Source: a virus (Duplodnaviria > Caudoviricetes). Taken from it: a stretch of DNA of 56,599 nucleotides. Location of the stretch: positions 1-56,599 of the IMG/VR virus record IMGVR_UViG_3300033233_000046; one strand, written 5' to 3'. The notes below the pieces were generated by a model. That model saw only the letters and a program-made list of their open reading frames with translations. It was not told the DNA's origin and did no database searches. Numbering within the stretch: the first letter of the stretch is position 1; each line of letters opens with the position of its first letter. Made by a program: the position numbers and the translations under genes. This document shows positions 9,416 through 17,355 of the stretch, piece by piece.

Positions 9416-9937
9416 ATGGAGAAAGGTAGACACTCATATGGGACACCGATTATCAAGAGGTGGCATGACAGCGATGGAGATGTTACAATTGGTGCTTTCT
9501 GCTCGATAGGTGAGAACGTCCAGATATTTACAGGCGGCAATCACCGGACGGATTGGGTGTCTACCTTCCCATTTCCTGCTTTTTCTGAGTGGCCGGAAGT
9601 GCAGGGCAGAATTGATTATTGCCCGACAAAGGGAGATGTGGTGATCGGTAATGATGTATGGCTCGGTAACGATTGCCTTATACTCTCAGGGGTAACGATA
9701 GGCGATGGAGCAGTGATAGGCGCAAGGGCGGTAGTGGCGAAGGATGTTTCTCCCTACGGGATAGCCGTGGGGAATCCGGCAACGGTCAAACATTTGAGGT
9801 TTGCTTCTGAGGTGGTTGAGAAGCTGATGCGGATAAAGTGGTGGGAGTGGTCTGACGATAAGATACGGGAATATCTGCCGGACATTTTAAGCAGTGACGT
9901 AAGGGCTTTTATACGAAAGGTTGAGAATGCTTATTAA
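9416..9937 (+). CDS. CatB/Vat-family hexapeptide O-acetyltransferase
   Basis: IGAFCSIG, GGNHRTDWVSTFPF, IGNDVWLG, GVTIGDGAVIGA, WWEW. Confidence 0.92.
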   Translation: MEKGRHSYGTPIIKRWHDSDGDVTIGAFCSIGENVQIFTGGNHRTDWVSTFPFPAFSEWPEVQGRIDYCPTKGDVVIGNDVWLGNDCLILSGVTIGDGAVIGARAVVAKDVSPYGIAVGNPATVKHLRFASEVVEKLMRIKWWEWSDDKIREYLPDILSSDVRAFIRKVENAY

Positions 9938-11339
9938 CGAAAAGAAAGTAATGATAGCGACTCCCGCATATGAGATGAAAATGTTTTCTGCGTATTTGGA
10001 TACTCTCCTTACTTCTTTGAAGCTTCTCGACGGGATAGGGGTAAAGTATGTAACGTATTTCCTTCCTGGAGATTCTTATGTCCATAGGGCAAGGAATACT
10101 ATTGTCTCAGACTTTTACAAAAGTGACTGCACTGATCTTGTATTTATTGATTCAGATTTGACATGGCGGCCCAAAGACCTTGTAATGCTCATTGCCAATG
10201 ACGCTGAGGTCGTTGGCGGGGCTTATCCCTGCAAGAACCAATGGGACGATTGGGGAGTGAGAATATTTACCGACGAGAACGGGATTCCCGATGTAGACCC
10301 TCAAACGGGTCTAATCCGCGCTCAAATGGTTCCTACGGGCTTTATGAAGATAACCAGAAGGGCAATAGACAGAATGATTGAAACATATCCCGACCTCTGG
10401 TATTGGGCGAAGGTAGAAGTCGGAGAGCCTAAAAAACAATTTGCTTTCTTTAACCATCTTCCGGTTGAGGAATCCCATATATTTACCGGAGAGGATGGGA
10501 GTTTTGTTCATAGGTACAATGCAGCAGGAGGCGACTTATGGCTTATGCCCGATGCTACATTTGAGCATTATGGAATTAAAGAATGGAGGGGGAATTACCA
10601 TGAGTACCTTTTAGCTTGTCCGGGAGGTTCAAAAAGTCCTGAATCTGATAACCCGTTAGTCAGTGTAGTGATTGTTAGCTATGGGAATTATGAGTTCATA
10701 GGGGAGTGCATTAAGAGTGTATTGAATCAGACTTACAGAAACATTGAAATTATAGTTATGGACAATAATGAGGATGAAAGAATTCAACAGGCAATAGAGC
10801 ATTTTCCTGTCAGAATAATAAAGACAGCCAATGAGGGTGTTTCGGCAGCGAGGAATAAAGGAATAGCAACGGCAAGTGGGATATGGATATGTTGTCTGGA
10901 CGGTGACGATAAGATACATCCGTCATATATAAAAAGCTGTATTCAGAATAGTAAGGGATTTGATATTGTTAGTTCATGGATGCAACAGTTCGGGGGTGGG
11001 GATAAAGTATTTTCAACCGCAATCAATCCGGAGCATAAGGATTTTCTTACAGCGAATAGAATTCATTGCGCCTCTCTTTTCAAGAAAGAAGTCTGGTCTA
11101 GTATTGGTGGATATGATGAAGGATTGGGGGGAGTCCCATATACGGGATATGAAGACTACGATCTATGGTTAAGGGCTACCGACGATGGTTATAGGGTCAA
11201 TGTAGTGCAACAGGCCCTTTTCTATTGGAGAAAGCATGATGGACAAATAACTTCGATTATGAACCATGAGGAGATGTGCAGAAAGGTTTTGACTAAGAAT
11301 GGAGTGAAACAGGAGACACAATGCGCTTTAGTGAATTAA
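9927..11339 (+). CDS. Two-domain GT-A glycosyltransferase (phage-type GT + GT2)
   Basis: Domain 1: VMIATPAY, RARN, FIDSD, GED. Domain 2: VSVVIVSY, QTYRNIEII, SAARNKG, LDGDD, EDYDLWLR. Confidence 0.9.
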   Translation: MLINEKKVMIATPAYEMKMFSAYLDTLLTSLKLLDGIGVKYVTYFLPGDSYVHRARNTIVSDFYKSDCTDLVFIDSDLTWRPKDLVMLIANDAEVVGGAYPCKNQWDDWGVRIFTDENGIPDVDPQTGLIRAQMVPTGFMKITRRAIDRMIETYPDLWYWAKVEVGEPKKQFAFFNHLPVEESHIFTGEDGSFVHRYNAAGGDLWLMPDATFEHYGIKEWRGNYHEYLLACPGGSKSPESDNPLVSVVIVSYGNYEFIGECIKSVLNQTYRNIEIIVMDNNEDERIQQAIEHFPVRIIKTANEGVSAARNKGIATASGIWICCLDGDDKIHPSYIKSCIQNSKGFDIVSSWMQQFGGGDKVFSTAINPEHKDFLTANRIHCASLFKKEVWSSIGGYDEGLGGVPYTGYEDYDLWLRATDDGYRVNVVQQALFYWRKHDGQITSIMNHEEMCRKVLTKNGVKQETQCALVN

Positions 11340-12439
11340 TAAGCAGGCTAGCGAGATTTTTGCATAAAATAAACGACATAGACATTGTTCAGACATGTGG
11401 CCCAGCAAAAGGAACGGGTGCTCATACTCTCAAGACGACAAGGGCTATTGTCTATAATCTTCTTAATCAGCAGTTCACTCTGGCCATTACAGATAATATT
11501 GCCATGACTGTCTGTGCTCTACAGGCATCAAGTACCTTCTGTTATTACCTCGTCTCAGTTGATTCTGCTGGTCTTGTCACTGTTACAAAAGGGACAGACA
11601 ATCAGTATGCACTTCCCGCAACTCCCGATTGGGCCATTCCGATAGGGGCGTTTCTCGTAACGGTAGACGGTTCTCATACCTTTACTTCAGGGACGGATAC
11701 TCCCGGAACTAATAACACCACTGTTTTTTTTGATATTGACACTGGCATAGCGGCCTCTCTTGTAAATGATTGTATGAGGAAATTAGAGCGGGGGATAGTA
11801 GTTCCCCTCAATAATCAGTCAGTGAGGATTTCTAACTTTGACCACATGAGGGCAAGGGTTCAGGTAACACTTAACGCTGGGGATTATTTGATAACCAACC
11901 CATTCCCGACATACAAGGAACTTATCGTTGCTCAGATTATGGATAGCAACGGATTTGTGTGGCCCAGCCTTACAAGAGCAGGATTCGATAACGCAATGAG
12001 TCTGTATCCGAGTTTTACACAAAATAAACAGAGGCCAGTATTAATTTCAAGAGTTCCGGCTATTCAGACTTCTTTGACTCCTGAAACGGTAGATACGGTC
12101 AATTTCGTTCTTAGACCGACAGCGGATACTACATACACGCTTGATATGCAAGCCTATCAATACAGTCCTCCGCTTGATGGAGTTATTTACTCAACAAATT
12201 GGTGGACGGAGAACGCACCTGAGGTCTTACTCTATGGTGCGCTTATGGATGCTGCACCCTATCTGTTGAATGATGAGCGGATCGCCATATGGAAATCCCT
12301 CTATGCCGATGCGGTAGCGGGGCTGGTATCTTCTCAGAGACTTGAGAAGTATGCGGGAAGTAAACTTAATATTGGATTCGATAACCCTCTTAATAGAGGA
12401 TATTACGATATTTACTCAGACACTTATGGAGGTGTTTAA
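11321..12439 (+). CDS. Head-to-tail adaptor protein with extra inserted domain
   Basis: C-terminal TNWWTENAPEVLLYGAL...PYLLNDERIAIW resembles podovirus adaptors. Confidence 0.7.
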   Translation: MRFSELISRLARFLHKINDIDIVQTCGPAKGTGAHTLKTTRAIVYNLLNQQFTLAITDNIAMTVCALQASSTFCYYLVSVDSAGLVTVTKGTDNQYALPATPDWAIPIGAFLVTVDGSHTFTSGTDTPGTNNTTVFFDIDTGIAASLVNDCMRKLERGIVVPLNNQSVRISNFDHMRARVQVTLNAGDYLITNPFPTYKELIVAQIMDSNGFVWPSLTRAGFDNAMSLYPSFTQNKQRPVLISRVPAIQTSLTPETVDTVNFVLRPTADTTYTLDMQAYQYSPPLDGVIYSTNWWTENAPEVLLYGALMDAAPYLLNDERIAIWKSLYADAVAGLVSSQRLEKYAGSKLNIGFDNPLNRGYYDIYSDTYGGV

Positions 12440-12805
12440 ATGAAAAAGGTATTGGTATTTCTAGTAATGGCACTATTGATAATTCCTTCAATAGTATTTG
12501 CAACTAATTTTGAGACTCTTTCCCCGACAACGAGCACGGCGATACCTTTTACGGCTAATCAAATTACTCCACCGGGAACGGGAATGAATGCCCAAAAGGC
12601 TTTTTGTACGGTTGAGACGTATGCAATCCGCTATACGTCTGATGGCGTAACTACTCCTACATCTACGGTAGGACATTTGGTGGCTACAGGTAATTTCTTT
12701 TGGGTAAGTTATGGGGACGTTCATAATTTTAAAATGATAGGGATAAGTGGCACTGCAAAAGTCTCATGCAGTTATTTCTTTGAACTTCATACGGCAATGG
12801 AGTAA
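12440..12805 (+). CDS. Virion-region beta-rich protein with signal peptide
   Basis: MKKVLVFLVMALLIIPSIVFA leader; IRYTSDGVTTPTSTVG motif; 2 Cys. Confidence 0.7.
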   Translation: MKKVLVFLVMALLIIPSIVFATNFETLSPTTSTAIPFTANQITPPGTGMNAQKAFCTVETYAIRYTSDGVTTPTSTVGHLVATGNFFWVSYGDVHNFKMIGISGTAKVSCSYFFELHTAME

Positions 12806-12809
12806 AACA

Positions 12810-13355
12810 ATGAAAAGAATAATCCTTTTAATTTTAGCTATTGTCTCTATACCTGCGTTTGCATTAGCAGGTGGAGGTAACGGAAGTTTTGGTCCAGGCG
12901 ACCCTCCCGGTACTGCTGCCAGTCTAATTTCTGATACCATCTTCGGGGCTGGCTGGAATGGGGTAACGACAATAGCACCCTCTCAAAATGCAGTTTATGA
13001 CCAGATGATTTTGAAAGCTACTATAGATGCACCTACCTTTACGACTTCCGTAACGTCATCTAACGCTATTATTAGTCAAACACAGACGAGCTTACCGACT
13101 TGCGCTTGTAGTGGTGGTGGAGCCTGCGCTCTTGTAACGGGAGATACGGATGAGAGTGGTACAATGACCTGTTCTGCCGGAGGCAGTTCAACTACAGCAA
13201 CCCTTACGTTTAATCTCACTCACGGTAAGGCTCCTGTATGTATGGGACTGTTACATGATGGAGCTATTGCTTATAACTCAACGAGAAGCACAACCGCTCC
13301 AGTATTGACTTTCTCAGCGAAAACAAACCCTACTATTGATTATATTTGCAGATGA
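12810..13355 (+). CDS. Short fibre-like protein with signal peptide
   Basis: MKRIILLILAIVSIPAFALA leader; WNGVTTIAPSQNAVYD fibre module; 6 Cys. Confidence 0.7.
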   Translation: MKRIILLILAIVSIPAFALAGGGNGSFGPGDPPGTAASLISDTIFGAGWNGVTTIAPSQNAVYDQMILKATIDAPTFTTSVTSSNAIISQTQTSLPTCACSGGGACALVTGDTDESGTMTCSAGGSSTTATLTFNLTHGKAPVCMGLLHDGAIAYNSTRSTTAPVLTFSAKTNPTIDYICR

Positions 13356-13708
13356 TAGACCAGGAACTTAAAGATTACGTTAATCATGAAATAGAGACAG
13401 CGTTTTTAGCTGTACCGGAACTTGTCTCTAAACTTTTTATAGAGAGAATGGCAATGCGAGAATTGGCTAAAAAGTTTTATGATAACAATAAGGAGTTTAA
13501 AAAGCATGGCGATATTGTAGCCTCGGTGCTTGAAGAAATCGAGGGCAAAAATCCCGGCAAGAAGTATGCTGACCTTTTAGTAGAATCGGTTCCGATTATT
13601 CAGAAGCGGATCGCCTTAATAGAAGGGTTAGACACAACTGATGGAGTTACTAAGCCTGAAGATTTACGCATCTATGAATCGGATGTAAGCAATCACGGAA
13701 TCCTATGA
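13352..13708 (+). CDS. Hypothetical protein
   Basis: ATGA coupling on both sides. Confidence 0.65.
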   Translation: MIDQELKDYVNHEIETAFLAVPELVSKLFIERMAMRELAKKFYDNNKEFKKHGDIVASVLEEIEGKNPGKKYADLLVESVPIIQKRIALIEGLDTTDGVTKPEDLRIYESDVSNHGIL

Positions 13709-14262
13709 AGACATTTGCATATCCTATAACAACGCATCTCGGTAAGGGATTAAGGCAGAGGCAGAATACCCGCAATCAACCTTATCTTGTGGAAGCCATC
13801 GGGTGCTTCCCCTATGAGGGCGTACTAGAGGCTGTAGAGCAGTTTTCGAGGGTAGATACGTCTGCTCTTGCCTGTTCGTTCCCTTATCCTCAGATATTTG
13901 TTCTGAGTAACTGTATCGTGGTATGTACCTTAACTTCATTGTTTGAACTTGTGAACGGTTCTTTAGTTACAAAAGCATCGAATATTCCTCCCGGTCTTAC
14001 ATGGGATGTTGTTGACTTCAAGACATTCCTTTACCTAACAAATGGGCAAGTAGCCATTACAAAGAACTATCAGACAGGAGCTTATGCGCAGGATTCTTCA
14101 CTCCCATTCGGAACTTGTCTATGTAATTTTAACGGACAGGTGTTTATAGGAAGCCCGAACATTAAAGCTAGTTTTACTTCAGCGGGTGAGGTTTTACAGA
14201 CAGAAGCAGGAATAGATATAACAACAGAAGGCGGGGAACCGATTATCGCCTTTCCTACTTAA
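13705..14262 (+). CDS. Putative tail nozzle/stabilisation protein, N-terminal part
   Basis: Beta-propeller-like strands (CLCNFNGQVFIG); C-terminal LQTEAGIDITTEGG motif. Confidence 0.45.
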   Translation: MKTFAYPITTHLGKGLRQRQNTRNQPYLVEAIGCFPYEGVLEAVEQFSRVDTSALACSFPYPQIFVLSNCIVVCTLTSLFELVNGSLVTKASNIPPGLTWDVVDFKTFLYLTNGQVAITKNYQTGAYAQDSSLPFGTCLCNFNGQVFIGSPNIKASFTSAGEVLQTEAGIDITTEGGEPIIAFPT

Positions 14263-14275
14263 TAAGGAGAACTGA

Positions 14276-16735
14276 ATGAAAAGAATACTACCATTAATTA
14301 TCGCCCTTTTAATGACTGCAAATGTGGCTTATGGAGTTACGATATGCGAGCTCCCTACAGATAGTTCCCTGACTCTTTTTGATTGGCTCCCCATATCGAG
14401 GGCTGCATGTGGCCCTACTGACAGCATGAAGATAAACATAGGGCAAATATGTACTGTTTGCGGTGTAACGCTTACTCCCGTAACGAGCGTATATGGTAGA
14501 ACAGGGACAGTTACCGCTCAAGCAGGCGATTATACTTTTGCTCAATTAGGTAGTAAGCCGACCACTATTGCAGGATTTGGTTTGACCGATGCCGCTCCAA
14601 AGGCATCTAAATATATAGTACAGGGGACAAGTGATAGCGAACTGACTGGTGCTCAGTTTCTAGGTGCTCTTGCAAGCGGGATACTCAAGAATACGACTTC
14701 AACGGGAGTTTTGGCGAGGGCTATCCCCGGAACCGATTATGCTGTTTCAACAAGTGGCTCTTCAATATTGAAAGGAGATGGGATGGGAGGCTTTAGCAGC
14801 ACGACAGCCGAAACGGATTATTCTAATCCTCTTACCTTCAATTCCCCGCTTTCCAGAACTACAAATGCGATTTCTCTTACGACAGTGGGAGTAGCACTCG
14901 GTGGAACGGGGATAACCTCTGCGGCTGCTGATGCTGCGATAATGGGTGGTGGAGGGACTTCGGTATTTGTGGTCAAGGCTATGCCGACAGGTGGTACAAA
15001 CGGATGTTCAGGAACACTAGACAAGCTACTCTATAACACGACTACTCATGCTTTTTCTTGTGGGGCAGACCAAACGGCTGCCGGTGGGTCAGGTATAACA
15101 ACTCTGAATACCCTTACTGATAGCACTCAGACTTTTGCAGTAGGGACAACAGGAACGGATTTTACAATTTCATCGGCTACAGCGACTCACACCTTTAACA
15201 TCCCGACTGCTTCAGCATCGAATAGAGGACTGCTTTCTACCTCCGACTGGACAAAATTCAATGGGAGCATATCAGCTTATCCGGGAGCAGGGATAGGAGT
15301 TTCTACAGGTTCAGCATGGGGGACTTCAAAAGCTACGCCATCGGGTGTTATCGTAGGCACAACCGATACGCAAACGCTTACAGCTAAGAAGATAACACAT
15401 GCCGCAGGATCGAATGGAGCGGGGCTTGCTCCTCTATATTTGACTTCAGGCCCAGTTCTTGATACCCCTGAAGCGGGAGCGGTTGAGTTTCTAACCGATA
15501 CCCTTTCTTTTACCATCACCACAGGCCCCACCAGAAAGACGGTTGCCTTTACCGATAGTAACATAACTGGAACTGCCTCGAATGTGTCTGGCACTCCGGC
15601 CTTGCCTAATGGTACGACTGCTACAACGCAATCGGCAGGAGATAATAGCACTAAGATAGCCACTACATCCTTTGCGGATGCCCTTATAAGCGATACGGTT
15701 TTTGGTTCAGGCTGGAATGGGGTAACAGGGATAGGCCCTTCCAAGAATGCAGTTTATGACCAAATGGTATTATTGGCTCCTTTAGCGGGGCCGACATTCA
15801 CCGGAACGGTCACGGTTCCTACGCCTTTTACTATCGGGGCTGTCTCTATGACAGCGACGGGAACGCAGCTAAATTATTTAAATGCAGCCACAGGAACGAC
15901 AGGGACGGCAAGCACTAATCTTGTTTTTTCTGCATCACCGACATTCACCACGCAGATAATCTCTCCCTTAGTAATTGGAGCCACAGGAAGCGCGGGTACT
16001 TTAACTCTTGAATCCACTTCTCATGCAACTAAAGGCAAAATTCTCTTCGGAACTTCAGGATACGATGAAGTTAACAATAGATTAGGCATCGGACAGACAA
16101 CCCCCACCGCAGCCCTTCATTTAAAGGCTGGAACTACCACAGCCAGTACCGCACCCCTGAAGTTCACCTCCGGTTCTCTTCTGACTACCGCAGAGGCAGG
16201 AGCAGTAGAATTTCTTACTGATGCCTTTTACGGGACAATCACCACAGGAGCGGCAAGGAAGACATTTGCATTCCTTGATAGTAACATTACAGGTACAGCA
16301 GCTAATGTATCTGGAACGCCTGCGTTACCAAACGGAACAACAGGCACTACTCAGGCTGCTAGTGACAATTCAACAAAACTGGCAACTACAGCATATGTTG
16401 ACATCAATGCTCCTGTAGTGGACTCTGCAAACGGTGGAACTATCACAGCCCGTAATGGATACCATATCACCACAGGCGCAACGACATGGACGCTTCCTGC
16501 CACGACACCGGGGTATCAGCATTGTTTTAGACAGGCCGATGCGGCTACGAATGCGATTTCAATAACGCCTCCGACCTCCTCTTATGTCGAGGCCGCTAAC
16601 GGAAGCGCATATTGCACCGTAGGCCATGCGATAAAATCAGGTGGGGCAAATGGCGATTCTATCTGCTATGTGGCAATAGATACTACTCATTGGATGGTGT
16701 TCGGAGGGGCGAATGGTTCATGGACTTGTCAATAG
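14276..16735 (+). CDS. Modular tail-fibre-like protein with signal peptide
   Basis: Thr/Gly/Ala-rich; VTSVYGRTG, VALGGTG, NRLGIGQTTP, DNSTKLATTAYV modules; leader MKRILPLIIALLMTANVAYG; 10 Cys. Confidence 0.85.
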   Translation: MKRILPLIIALLMTANVAYGVTICELPTDSSLTLFDWLPISRAACGPTDSMKINIGQICTVCGVTLTPVTSVYGRTGTVTAQAGDYTFAQLGSKPTTIAGFGLTDAAPKASKYIVQGTSDSELTGAQFLGALASGILKNTTSTGVLARAIPGTDYAVSTSGSSILKGDGMGGFSSTTAETDYSNPLTFNSPLSRTTNAISLTTVGVALGGTGITSAAADAAIMGGGGTSVFVVKAMPTGGTNGCSGTLDKLLYNTTTHAFSCGADQTAAGGSGITTLNTLTDSTQTFAVGTTGTDFTISSATATHTFNIPTASASNRGLLSTSDWTKFNGSISAYPGAGIGVSTGSAWGTSKATPSGVIVGTTDTQTLTAKKITHAAGSNGAGLAPLYLTSGPVLDTPEAGAVEFLTDTLSFTITTGPTRKTVAFTDSNITGTASNVSGTPALPNGTTATTQSAGDNSTKIATTSFADALISDTVFGSGWNGVTGIGPSKNAVYDQMVLLAPLAGPTFTGTVTVPTPFTIGAVSMTATGTQLNYLNAATGTTGTASTNLVFSASPTFTTQIISPLVIGATGSAGTLTLESTSHATKGKILFGTSGYDEVNNRLGIGQTTPTAALHLKAGTTTASTAPLKFTSGSLLTTAEAGAVEFLTDAFYGTITTGAARKTFAFLDSNITGTAANVSGTPALPNGTTGTTQAASDNSTKLATTAYVDINAPVVDSANGGTITARNGYHITTGATTWTLPATTPGYQHCFRQADAATNAISITPPTSSYVEAANGSAYCTVGHAIKSGGANGDSICYVAIDTTHWMVFGGANGSWTCQ

Positions 16736-16742
16736 TGCATAT

Positions 16743-17345
16743 ATGAGAAGAATATTACTTAGTATAATAGCCGTTCTTTTATTGTCTTGTCCTGCCTCTA
16801 CCATGATGCTTGAAGGAATAGTTGGCGGAGGTGGGAGCTATGGCGTATTTTCACAAACTCTTAATATTGATAACGTTGGTTGGATAGGATACTCAGTAAG
16901 AACTAAAATCCCCTCCTCGGCTCTTTCTGCAAGCGCGTCTAAGGTATCTATAAGACTGGAAGCGGCTTCTACCGAAGGCATGAAAATCGTACAGTGTTAT
17001 ATTGGTCATGCTGCTGCGTCTGGTAATGCATGGAATTTTGACGGAGGACAGGTAAAAGTAACATTTGGTGGAGCAGATAATGGCACAATTACGGCCGGTT
17101 CTACATTAGAATCAGACACCGTAAGTTTTAATCTAGATAAAACTAAGGATCTAATCATAGCCTTCGATATTACCAATACGGACACAGCGAATGACTCTGC
17201 TAAAACAGCAGAGGGGGTATCGGGTCATTTTAAATATTCCAACCTCACAAGTGGAACTCTGCAAGCTCAGCTTACAGCACCGACAGGTTATGCAACAAAC
17301 ATCGGAGACGTGTACCTTGTTAATCGGATAACGGCACATAGGTAA
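16743..17345 (+). CDS. Fibre-associated beta-sandwich-like protein with signal peptide
   Basis: MRRILLSIIAVLLLSCPAST leader; position after fibre gene. Confidence 0.65.
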   Translation: MRRILLSIIAVLLLSCPASTMMLEGIVGGGGSYGVFSQTLNIDNVGWIGYSVRTKIPSSALSASASKVSIRLEAASTEGMKIVQCYIGHAAASGNAWNFDGGQVKVTFGGADNGTITAGSTLESDTVSFNLDKTKDLIIAFDITNTDTANDSAKTAEGVSGHFKYSNLTSGTLQAQLTAPTGYATNIGDVYLVNRITAHR

Positions 17346-17355
17346 GGGTGAAATA

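Noticed and set aside
9416-9937. Antibiotic-resistance gene (catB/vat)
   Set aside because: Fold is shared with sugar O-acetyltransferases and the gene overlaps a glycosyltransferase in the head operon.
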